Under the pieces are notes generated by a model that was not told where the DNA came from, searched no databases, and saw only the letters and a list, made by a program, of their open reading frames with translations. Source: Tubiluchus corallicola (Eukaryota > Animalia > Priapulida). Taken from it: 64,000 nucleotides of DNA. Of the stretch, positions 53,201 through 64,000 are shown one piece after another (position 1 is the first letter of the stretch; every line of letters begins with the position of its first letter). A program made the position numbers and the translations under genes. The stretch covers positions 1 to 64,000 of the forward strand of contig JAQGDQ010000287.1 in NCBI GenBank assembly GCA_030141605.1, given 5' to 3'.

Positions 53201-56200
53201 CAGCAATGAAAAATATGAAAATATCATACTTAATTTTTAAAAAAAGTTATATTTGAAAATCTTTTATCAGGCCACCTCAAGCTTTGGCCCCTAAGCTTGA
53301 GGGGCACTAGTTACAGTCTATGCTAGACTATAGGACAATCTGGTCCTGCAAACGCCTAAAAGCTTCCACTCGTTAGTTGTCAGACGAAAACTCGCATTAA
53401 GTTGAGTTAGACTTGAGGTGAAAGATCATTTGAAGTTCACTAGTGGATGCCAACTCATAGGTTTAAATGACTGCACTTCTAATATTGAGCAGTAATACAA
53501 AAATGTGTCGTTCAAGGGTCGTCTTTGCTTAACAGTCGATTTGCATTTTTTGTATTGTCAACATTATTGGCTACAAAGTGGACGAAGTAATTGTAGTTTT
53601 TAAGTTTAATAGGTGCTGAAATTCGTAAGAAAAAGCACTTGTGCATGCTTGTGGAGAAACTGTTTGTAGTTTACTGAACTTTAACATTATAAATAATTAC
53701 TAAATTATTTGCATACAGTTAAACCTCTGTGTACTGCCTAACTTGGGACTGTTAAATAAGTTGGTGTTAAGCGAGTTTGGTATTGTAACGAGGTTCATTA
53801 AAACGTACATATCTATGTAAATATAGATTTATTGTTTTACCGAAAGATTGGACATTAAGCGAGGTTGTATTGTAAAGGGGGGGGGGGGAGTGTTATAGCA
53901 AAGTTTGACTGCATTAGCATAGGTTGTAACTTAACTTAATTAAATGTATGTAGTTTAGCATAACCAAACTAACCCTTGGAAATATTGTATTGAATTAAGA
54001 CCTGCCTTGATCACAAGGGTATTATGGTCCATTAAATACACCTTTGAGTGGACTTGTAACGAAAAGGTTGCTGGTTCAGACCCAGTCACGACTATTTCAC
54101 ATTTCCTTTCTTATAATTCAGGTTGATTTAACACGTTTAATTGAGGTATTGTAAATAATTACACGTTTTTCTTTTCCTTCAGGCAGAAGAGTGTGAGAAT
54201 GCATACTTCAAAATGGACAACGTCTTGATCGATGATCGTCGCATTCATGTTGACTTTAGCCAGTCGGTGTCCAAGCTGAAGTGGAAGGGAAAAGGTATTT
54301 AGGGGTTCTTTGTGCTCATTATCATATTTTTCTTATTGGTGTTATATTCATAGATTTTGTTTGATTCGTTTAGTGGTGTATTTAGTGCAAAGTGTGTTTT
54401 GGCAGATATTTTTTCTAATATTTTTAGTGGCAGCAGGTTATCCAAAAATATATTTACTCTGAGTTTTTTTTAATAACTGCCCATTGATTCATAGTGTCAT
54501 TTCATGAGCATCCATCATATAATCCAGTTATTATTTGCATTAATTTGTCTGCAGTTGAACAATTTTGTATGTGCTTGTAGTTGTTATTTATTTTAAACAT
54601 AGTTTATTGGCTTAAATCAGATGGTTTTGCATAACTGATTCATAAATACACAATGCCCATAATACATAATTGACATGCAATTAAATTAAACAACATTAAA
54701 TTGTTATTTTCACTTAATTTCTTTTGCGATGCTGACATGTTAATATTTGTCAGACTGGATAAACTGCCTTTCGTGCAACTTTGGAGCTCAAGACATGTAG
54801 CTTAATGTGTTTTTTACACATGTGCAAAGTCTGAAATAATGTCAGACGACATTTTGGTATTTGTAGGAAAAGGAGTTGAGAGTATTAATGGCACAAACGT
54901 TCAAGACAGGGAAAGTGTAAATAAGCCCAAGATTAGAGATGAAAAACGGTATGTATGATTGTTGTAAATGATACAAAGAATTGCTTGCAAGTTCTAAATG
55001 ATTCGTCTTGCAGTTTGACGTGTGTTTATTGGCTTGACATGTTATCATATGACTATGTGAGGTAGATGCTTTTGTAGTTATGCATGTATTAAATGCATAT
55101 ATATATATATATATATATATGATAAATAACTTATGTAAGTCTTATGTAAGTCATTTCAAATCCAATGGTTCATAATTTTATGGAGATGGTCAACCTACAA
55201 AAAAATGAGGAAAATAATTATTGCTGTAATCATATTCTATAGAACTGTTGTGGTCACTTTGACTTATATACAAATGTAAGTAACCTATTTTGTCACTATA
55301 AGTTACTACTAATTAACCAAAAACATATTCAGACATCAGATCTAGTACTGTACATGATTCGCAACTACGACTGCACACTGAGCTTGTTTTTTTATACAAA
55401 ACTGTTACTGCAACGTTTTTTATAAATGAAAATTTAGAAACTGAAATAGCCTTGCTTTGTCTACAGGTAAAACTAAATAATGTGGTATGCATGTTCTCCT
55501 GTTTCCATTACTTTTATTGTTTACAGGTTACGTAACTGTCATGTAACCAATCCCTTTACTGTGATTATGAGTCTGTAGGTCATAAAATGTCGTATAACTT
55601 ATTTAGAAATGTGTATATGCTTTCTGATCGCTGTCTTTATCAGAATCTTGATGAGCAGTTGTTCTAGTATCACAATACAGAAAAGTCTAAAAGTTTAAAA
55701 ATCTTCAAACCTGTGTGAAGATTTGTGAGGCCCTTTGAAATCATGTAAAAATGTATATTCGCACTTTGTGCTTTGTTAACTGACAAATTTTTGGGTGTTT
55801 TACGCATTTTACCGAAATTTTATTTATGGTTGTTTCAGAGTTTCAGCTTCCTTTTTGATTGGCTGTCTGTTGATTTATTGTTTGATTGTTACTCCGAAGG
55901 AAACTAATTTTTGTTTTATGCCTGTTGTAGAACTTCTGGTAAACAGACACACAAACATACAGAAAAGCAGGACCTTGTAAAGAAAAGAGAGCGAGCATCT
56001 AGTTCCTCGTCAGAAGCGAGTCCGGACAGGAGAAGAAAGGAGAAGAATATTTTTAGTGAGATAAAGCCAAGCCACAAAGAAAACAAGCAGAAAAGTCTTA
56101 GCAGCATTTCCACCTCTGAACGAAGCTCAGAGACCAAACGAAGAACTGAATCAGCCTCTAAAGCTTTTGAAAAAAGTAGCCAACAAGCTGCTAAGCACAG

Positions 56201-59147
56201 GAAAAAAACTAGTAGAACACCAGAAAAAAGTCTGACTTATCGGAGAGAAGAAGCTAAGCAAAGAACAAGAAAGGCCAGCTCACCTGATGATAGTGCACCA
56301 GAGAAAGAAAAGAAAATAAAACAAAAGAAAATAACCACCAAATCTTCTGAAAGAAACCGGGAACACCCAAGAGATAGAAAACAAAGAAAGAGAAAAGCAA
56401 GCTTCACAAGTTCTGAAGAAAGTTCAGAAAGCGAAGAGAAAAAGAAAGAAACAAGCATAACTGCCAAAGAATTTGATGCTCAAAAACAGAGGAAACAGAG
56501 AAAGTCAAGCACAAGTTCTGATGAAAGTTCATTAGAAGATGACAGAAAGAAAGAGGCAAATGCACTAGCCAAAAGTCTTGATGCTCAAAAACCAGCAAAG
56601 CAAAAAAGAAGAAAAACGAGCACAAGTTCCAAAGAAAGTTCCGACAGCGAAAGTGGACACAAAGGTCGCAAGACAAGCAAAGCCAATGCCAAACTAAATG
56701 CGGAGAAAGTTTTGCGGCAGAGAAAAAGGAAAACAAGCACAAGTTCTGAAGGAAGCTACCAGGATGAAAAAGAGAGAAGCCTGAAAGATAAGAGAACAGG
56801 TGCAACCCAGAAAAACCTGAAAAATGAAAAAGTGGAACGTAGAAAAGAATCCGGTGAAAGAAGGTCAAAAGCTAGCACGACTTCTGAAAAAACACCGGAA
56901 GATAAAATACACAGCAGCAAACCTGATAAAACTGGTGCTGTTCACCAGGAAGAAAAGCGTAAAGATGCTGTTGAAACGATTTTCTCATACAGCAGTTTTG
57001 GCAAACAGAAATCCAAAAGAACTAGTTCTTCTCCCACAGTAGTACCAGATGACAAGATAACTGGCAGCAAAACCAATTTAGATTTTTCTAAGCCAGACAG
57101 AAGATCCACTGACAGTAAAATAAGAAGTGCAGATGAAAAGTTTGGACATGGCAAAATGGGCAAAGTTGATCAAGAGTCTGAACGTGGCTATCGAAGGCAA
57201 AGAGAAGATGACAGAAACAAGTCTCGCATTTCTGAAATAAGTCAGTCTAGGGAGAAGTGGCGTGAGAGCCGGCATTCCAATGCAGATGCACAAAATAGGT
57301 AGGACCATTAATGTACAAACCAAAAAAGAATTTATGGGTTGTACATTATCAAAGAGCACAGGCAGTCGTGCAAAATATAATTGTGAAGCCACTTGGTTAT
57401 GAAATTTGCATAACTATACTGTGTCTTGCCAGAGTAATACCTCGAAATGAATTATCACACAGTGAGTTGTACTATGACTTTTAAACAAAACTCATGGTTG
57501 TAGTTTTGCTTTATTATGACAACATTATTACTTTGAGGCTTCAATGCTTCATACTTCTATAGGTAAGTTTGGTGTGTTGATGTGTCTAATATTATTTCAA
57601 ATCATTGTTTTGTTATATTTAGAAAAGAAACTGGAGGATCACCACATAAAGGAGGAACGACCAATAAGTCTCGAGATAGCTCCAGAGATGCACAATCCAA
57701 AAGCATGACTGATCTACACAGAGAAAGACGAGCAAGCAGGTCTCCTGATTTTCACCGAAAAGCACGATATGAAAAGTCTCCTGTTATTCGTAGATCGATA
57801 CAACATAGTGCATCGCCTAATGCACGCAGCCTATCTCCGGATGTACATCGAGAAGGGAAATTGAGCCAATCCTCAGATGCTCGTAGAGGTCAACTTGGTC
57901 GATCACCGAACATCCACAGAGAAGATAGTCATAGCCGATCTCCAGATGTGCGCAGGGAAGATAAACCTAGTAGATTTCCAGATCAACGCAGACATGGTCG
58001 AGCTAGCCACTCTCCAGATATGCACAGGAAAGGTCGACCTAGTAGATCTCCAGATATGCACCGGCGAAGTCGACATAGCCGATCTCCAGCTGTAAGCAAA
58101 GAAAGTCGATATAGCAGATCTCCTGATGTACACAGGAAAAATCGACCTAGTAGATCTCCAGACGCACGTAGGAAAGGTCATCCTGTGAGATCTCCTGATG
58201 TGCATAGAGAAGCCAGATCTCGCAAGTCTTCTTATATACGCAAGGAAGATGCAGGCAGGGAAGGTCGTTCTAGCAGATCTCCAGATGTCCGCAGGAAAGG
58301 TCTTGCTGTCAGGTCTCCAGAAGTAAGAGGAGAAAGATCTGTTAGGTCTTCTGATGAACGAAGAGAAAGGCGATCTGTCAGGTCTTCTAACGAACGTAAA
58401 GAAAAAGGATCTATCAGATCACCCAACAAGCGCAAAGAAAGTCGAGCCAGTAGGTCGCCTGATAGGCACACGGAAGTACATGAACAAAGCCACTCGCCAG
58501 TCTCTCCCCGTAGGCGTGAAAATCTTAGCAAATCTCCAAAAAGAACTGAAAAAGATCGATTGCGAAATCGGGGCAAGGATGTGGAGGATAGTAGGTTGCT
58601 ACGTCAGCACCAGAAAGCTGACGAGTCTCGGCTACCAAAGCAATCTCCTACAGCTTTGTTGAGTAAATCTACTGACAGTGAACGACGCCCACGACGATCA
58701 GAATCAGCAGGTGAAGGTGCCTTGGCAAATACTTCAAGTACAAAATTACGGACGGACTTAATGGCACAAGAGAAACAGTTGAGCAAAAAGAAGAAAGCCG
58801 CAAAGTCTGATGCAGATGAGAGCGAAGACGACTCTAATGATGATGTACTACCGTCTAAAAAACTTACAACTGAGACAAGGAAAAGTGAACCATCCGACTC
58901 AAGTTTGGAAGAGCCACCTGTGAAGAAGAGAAAAAGCGAAGAGGAAAGTAATGAATCAGATTCTAAGAGTAAACATGCAGAGAAGGAGAAAAAAGCAGAA
59001 AAGAAGAGAAAGAAAAGTTCTTCGAATCAGAAGAAAGCTAAAAAGCACAAGAAGAAACACAAGCGGAAGTCGGGTTTGAAATCGGTCAGTGATGAGGAGA
59101 GGCATACACACTCAAAAAGCAAAAAGAAACATAAACACAAGCACTAA
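41282..59147 (+). CDS. PPIL4: Peptidyl-prolyl cis-trans isomerase-like 4 (cyclophilin + RRM + long K/R/S tail), about 1318 aa, 13 exons
   Basis: Exons 41282-41351, 42055-42122, 43702-43766, 44648-44765, 44984-45126, 46541-46637, 49028-49144, 50047-50171, 52503-52569, 54183-54294, 54867-54948, 55931-57298, 57623-59147. Motifs [71 protein letters not shown]. The tail exons are joined on splice phase and are less certain. Confidence 0.92.
42304..43159 (+). mobile_element. Decayed hAT deletion derivative with a BED-finger relic
   Basis: Ends CGGTTTTGGGTAGTAGCGTGTTAC / AACCCAACAATG, GTAAT/ATTAC subterminal repeats, internal [12 protein letters not shown]. Confidence 0.65.
44144..44395. repeat. 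36-bp tandem repeat, 7 copies
   Basis: ATAACAATTAATTTGATGTAATTATAAGTATGTATT; copies 2 and 5 share a variant. Confidence 0.95.
45843..45948. mobile_element. Small TIR element with internal TTAGGG-like repeats (second copy about 52620-52718)
   Basis: AAGTTTACAATTCCCCAC ... GTATGGGTAATTGTAAACTT; internal ATTAGGGTTAGG shared with the 52620-52718 copy. Confidence 0.6.
46185..46571 (+). repeat. 66-bp tandem repeat (6 copies) of the intron 5/exon 6 boundary of PPIL4
   Basis: GTTGTTGATAAGTGATATCATTTTGTAG|AATAAATCACACAATCATACTCGATGATCCAAAGGATC repeated; only the last copy continues as the true exon. Confidence 0.95.
47145..47633. mobile_element. hAT (Charlie-like) MITE, young
   Basis: Perfect 16-bp TIR CAGGGGTGTGCAAATT, perfect 8-bp TSD GTCTAAAT (47137-47144, 47634-47641), GGGCCGC subterminal repeats. 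Confidence 0.93.
51036..51386. mobile_element. hAT-like MITE
   Basis: TIR CAGTGGCGTGCAGA / TCTGCACGTTACTG; flanks TGTCAGTT vs TATCACTT (6/8). Confidence 0.65.
51788..52311. mobile_element. Kolobok-like non-autonomous element
   Basis: TTAA|AGGAAAAGCCAAG ... CTTGTTTTTTCCT|TTAA (11/13 TIR match). Confidence 0.55.
52983..53348. mobile_element. Decayed hAT-like MITE
   Basis: TIR CAGGACCTGATT / AATCTGGTCCTG; GCCCC-type subterminal motifs; no TSD. Confidence 0.5.
53716..53911. mobile_element. Tc1/mariner-pogo-type MITE, copy 2
   Basis: TA|CAGTTAAAC...GTTTGACTG; colinear with 13017-13201. Confidence 0.7.
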
Positions 59148-62100
59148 ACAGAGACATGGTTGCCAAAATCAGTTATTGAAATATGAGCACGTGCTGATAA
59201 AAATTATTGAAAATTGATAAAATGCGTAAGTACAGTAAGCTTATTTACTCCCCGTTTAGCGATGTTTTGTTTTTATGACATTAAACATTTGACATCTTTT
59301 TCTCATTTAATGACACATATTTGATTTTTACGACGATTTTTTTCCTTCGCTCAAAGCATTTTTTATTTTATCAACAACTTTTTTACCTAATTTGAAGCAT
59401 TGAAACAGTACATATTGCATTATTTTGTGCTAAAAACCCACAAATAATGTAAAACAATACAATTATTATTTGTTTTTGCTTTACGGCTGACAATTAAAAA
59501 TGATAGCTATTTGTATAAATCGAGATCTATTTGCAATTTAAACACCTCCATTCAGCTGAATGCAGATTTTATGGGACCGAATTTTGCCTGCAACCAGGCA
59601 ACTTGCTGTATCTAGACGAAGTTGATTCAAGGCTTCCCCAGGGCTTGGCTTTTACTAAGCCGTGTGCAGCCATTAACTACATCATGTGTTGCTGGAATGC
59701 ATTAGCGTCGTAAAGCAAGAACTTTACTGTATTGGTGTTAAATGTTAAAATCTTGGTATGTTTGTTGATGTCAATTGCTGGAACATTGGCATCTCTACAA
59801 AAACTGAATAACGAGTCATCGGCATGTTTGCTATTTTGGTAAACTACTCTAAATTACTGAAACATAGATAAGTTAGCTAATGTTAATTCCTGAATTACAG
59901 GCATCATCACCACCGTGACACACACGCACATCTACTAGTGTTAATTATAGAGACAAGTGTGTCTAGTGGTAGCAGTCTTGAAGCATAGCCATTACAATTA
60001 ATGTTTATTAACGAAATGTATCTATGGCCAACAATGTTAATGACCAGCCTATTGTTAACTATTAATACATTAAAACTGGCGCCTAGTGTCACTGACATTA
60101 TCGCGTATTTATTCCTCACTTCACTTGACAACTTCATTGTTCTTGTGCACATCTGGTTTCTGGTTTATTTGCTTGATGGGTTTTTTAACTGTTAGGGGCT
60201 CTGCAGCTATAGGCATTGGTAGCTCTCAGTTTTTCAGTATTTTTGGTATTGTGTTAAATGAGGTTTCCTGTTAAAGTCAGTAAGGCTGTAATTTATGAAT
60301 TTGGTGATGTTGTTTCTTAGAAATGTTGGTTAAGTAGGGAAACAATATTATGTAAATAGTTTCTTGCCGCATATTGCTCAAGCCTGATATATACTTAAAG
60401 TTTGGAAAATGCCTGGAAGTTGAAACTGATGACATGCCGTTTTTGAAGTTCCTTATCACGGGCATCCTCAGAATTTGTACACTATCCCAAAGTTGTAGGA
60501 TCAAGTGTTCGAGTCAGTTCTTTTTTATTGTTGTTTTTCAGACGTTAAACCTGTCTTTACCTTTAATTTAAAATTTGGTAATTCTTGATATAGCTGTTAT
60601 ATGTGTGAGGAGAAGTGCACCAGTTTGCACTTCAAGTTATTGTCATTTCAAGTAAAGTTTACTGTTATTTTGACGTAAATCATTCGACGTTCAAAACATT
60701 TTAATCTAATGTTCGTTGTACATCACTCAGAATTTGAAACACTTTGTTATGCTGTGTGTTTTGCATCGTTCAACCTTTGAAACATGTTTATTGTGATGTT
60801 TGTTATACATCATTCAACATTTGCGCCACTTTATTGTGTAGTTAAATTTCTTTTTTTTTAACAGTTACTGTTGTTAGATTCTAATTGTGTAATGCCATCG
60901 TTTTAGTGTGTGTTAGTTTTTGAAAAAGAATTTTTTGTAAATAGTTGTGTTTGTGCACTATATGATTATTGCCTTTCTTTAACTGCATTAGAAAATTAGT
61001 GATCAATTAGTTTTGATGTCATTTTTAAAATTTCAAGGAGTATGAAACCAAAGTCCATGCACGAAATAAACAAGACAGTTTTTTGTGCAAAATGATTTTA
61101 ATGTTGTTTAAAGATTGTATAAGAAAGATACTGAAATTCATGACAGGAAATATAAGATAATGCTTGCACAATTAGCACGTCGATAGGCCCAAGCAAGAAC
61201 TGGAAATCTGTTGATTTTAGATTTGAAAGTTCAAAAGTCAAGGTCACAAGATAAAATATGTGAAAAAGCCAAAAAGATTGAAATTATAATCATCAAGCTT
61301 GGCACAGGTATAATGAAACCTTTGCTTTTTGGTTTAAAAATGTCATGGCCGTACAGGCCAAAAAATGTCAAAATCAAGTTTTTGCCGATAGTAATGACCC
61401 TACAATTCATTTTTTCATCTATTCATCTCGTTTTTACACTTGTTGAGATAATGCTGACGTTACCAAGTCTAGTACATGTAAATCGGTTATGATGTTTTTT
61501 AAATGTGAATTATGAAGAACAAGAAAGGACAGCGAAAAGACTAATAGTCATCAACTGCACTTCATTGAGTGCCCTCAGAAAACTTTTACATACAAAGTGC
61601 ACTAATGAGCAGTACAAAGTTGACAATTTTTTAAATTCCCACCCAGCTATCTTTCCAATAAACATTGGTGCCAATGAAGGAAACTAGGCAAAACACAAAA
61701 CAGTACAGTGATGCATATTTAGGTTATAAATAAGCTGAAGTCGATTGTGTACGTTTTGTAATTTGTGCAGTTCTGTGATCTTTGGTTTCTTTTCGTTGCA
61801 AATTATGATCAATCGTTTTTTAAAAGTTTGCTACCTTATAATTAATTAAAATGAATTCCAAAATTGCACGCTTAATTCGTGAACGTTTTTTGTAGTGCTA
61901 CGTTACGTTAGAAAAAAATGACGGTTTATAATGGTGCGGATTATTAACTTGAGCTGGTTCAGTTTTAGCATTACTACGAAACGCAAAATTATATTTAAAA
62001 TCACAACCAACATTTTATTTCTGCTTTTTGACAAAGAAAAAAATCACGTTACAAACTTACCATACGTCTGCTACTTGGCGCAACAAACAACATCTTTTGC

Positions 62101-62788
62101 GCAGTCATCTGGGTACTTCTGTATTCTACCCAACATAGCACGTCCCACCTGTTGATGACACGATTTCTAGTCCACCGCCCACGACGCATCTTCCTCAAAT
62201 CTAGTGTTTTACTTTAATCTTTTGCGTTTACTTTTCAATTAAATTCAAAAATATTTATTGTATTTCTGCACGTTTATCTCTCGAGGAATGCGCGACTTAA
62301 AGAACTTAGCCTTCCACTCTGATAAAAAAAGTTCAAGTAAAATTCTTAAAAGGATAAGTTACATCATACCGATGTCACAGAGGTCTGACGTTGTTAATGT
62401 TGCAACTTGGCAACTAGCTAGAATTCCTAAACAAAATGGATGAAGTGTTGTAGTACCGGTTTTAATATTGCTTACTTACTTTTTATCAACTTGCAGAACA
62501 TAGCAGAGAAAAAAGTGTGTGAAGTTGATCCCCAAAAGGTCGTATTTTATTTTGTTGATTCCAATTAAATATAGAATTAAATTTAAATTGTTGATGATAG
62601 TGTATAAGAACGTGACAATGTAGCGCTCAAAGATAGATCAATAACAGCATTTGCTTTTTTCAGGAGATATTGACTCATTTTCTTATTGACGTCTTTAATA
62701 TTGTTGCGATAACTCTGGAATAAAGATCAGGTACTGTTTATTGCTGAGCAGGAAGTCCTGCTAAAACCAAGTACCGTGCTTAAATAAT

Positions 62789-64000
62789 TTAAAGGAAGTT
62801 ACAGCAACAGCAAATTGAAGAAAATTTACTTTGTGAACTTTCGACATCTTCTTCCCGTGGCTGTTCCCTCTTTTCTCCAACCTTTGACGTTTCTTTATCT
62901 GATTGCTCCATTTTTTGTTCTTCTTTTCGTTTGATGCCATACTAGAACATCAAGAGGAAGACTCTGTCTTTCAGCTGATGGAAGCCTGGTTTAAAGTTAG
63001 TTTATCAGTAAGTCAGTTTTTCAGTTAGCAGTGATTCAGTCTGCTTCTCATTTATTAAGAGAGGCCAGTGGAATTACAAATAGCTAAAGTGCTCAGTAAA
63101 TTGGGCGTTAATCAGTTATTTAGTCAGACACTGAATAGTGGCACTGGCTCAGTATGTCAATAAATAAACCAATCAACCAACCAACCAACCAACCAACCAA
63201 CCAACCAACCAACCAACCAACCAACCAACCAACCACCAACCAACCAACCAACCAACCAACCAACCAACCAACCAACCAACCAACCAATCAGTCAGTCAGT
63301 CAGTCAGTCAGTCAGTCAGTCAGTCAGTCAGTCAGTCAGTCAGTCAGTCAGTCAGTTAGTCAGTCAGTCAGTCAGACCTTCCGTCCGTCCGTTCGTACAT
63401 CTATCCGTCCTTCAGTTTACCAATTTGCCAACCAGATATCCAACTGGCTCGCTCAGAAATGAACTGTTTGGTACTCCACCTGCCGGTCATTGATACAGCA
63501 GTTATAATTTAGCAATGCCGGACTTACTTGCGAAATTGATGGATAACTGCTGACAAAACTGTTTATGGGCAATTTCATGTCCCATATTGCCCTTAGCTAT
63601 ATAATTATGTATATATTTTGTATCGTGAACGATGTTATCTCATTCACACGTGATCAAGATCAAGAAACATCTATCAGTATAGCATGTCAACACTTTGACA
63701 ATGGAAAATAATCCTTCAATTGAGATATATTGCGGTTCTAGTCCTGCCACAACCATCAATATTAAGAAGCCCTGCTGCTGAACACTGATCCGCTTGCAAA
63801 GTATTGTTCTGTATAAAAACAATTTCGCATTGCCTTTTACTAAAAAAATACTGATAAAGATGCAAGCCTACCTTATCACGTATATCTTGCCTAGCCTTTT
63901 CTCGTTCTTCTTCCTTTTTTATGTATTTTTCCTTTTGCTTCAGCTCTTCTTCTCTTCTTGCCTCGAGTGTAGCTGCCTCCTCGTCTGCCCTCTTCCTTTT
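62789..64000 (-). CDS. CPLX: Complexin, 3' part (5' exons lie beyond the window)
   Basis: Exon >64000-63872 reads [43 protein letters not shown] (GTAGGC donor); exon 62941-62789 reads YGIKRKEEQ...[10 protein letters not shown]. This reconstitutes the complexin central helix ERE..RQ.IRDKYGIK. Not in the ORF track. Confidence 0.85.
63166..63412. repeat. Compound tetranucleotide microsatellite (ACCA)n-(GTCA)n-(CCGT)n
   Basis: Seen directly; lies in the complexin intron. Confidence 0.95.

Noticed and set aside
55911-59147. Two independent genes (463-aa and 521-aa ORFs)
   Set aside because: Both begin at non-ATG codons just upstream of strong acceptors whose phases match the PPIL4 exons.
59880-60560. 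Gypsy integrase C-terminus and LTR relic on the minus strand
   Set aside because: Only a faint motif resemblance through several stops; no clear PPT or TSD.
62050-62195. Extra complexin exon or THAP-like start (RCVVGG) on the minus strand
   Set aside because: A GTAAGT donor is present, but the acceptor lacks a pyrimidine tract and no frame gives a recognisable product.
63154-63462. NQPT/SQSV repeat protein
   Set aside because: Translation of a compound microsatellite in an intron.

Overview
AT-rich metazoan (invertebrate-type) genomic DNA with GT-AG spliced genes and many transposon relics; not prokaryotic. Six protein-coding genes were reconstructed by hand, with splice phases that join in frame. 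(1) A secreted PAN/apple + pentraxin protein (+, 5332-10822). (2) PSMD9 (-, 13497-20991). (3) TRMT1, with almost all of its CDS in one exon (-, 22139-25296). (4) A two-exon secreted enzyme resembling bacterial-type sphingomyelinase C (-, 32326-35986). (5) PPIL4 with a very long repetitive K/R/S tail (+, 41282-59147). (6) The 3' part of a complexin gene (-, 62789 to the window end). The most unusual non-coding items are a full-length 5S rRNA copy fused to a retrotransposon-like body (candidate SINE3), a bipartite RTE element with a 17-bp TSD, a tandem array of duplicated splice acceptors in front of PPIL4 exon 6, and a perfect 53-bp-arm palindrome. Satellites, MITEs (hAT, piggyBac, Tc1/pogo, Kolobok-like) and decayed LINEs are also present. 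All family assignments come from motif recognition only; no database searches were run.
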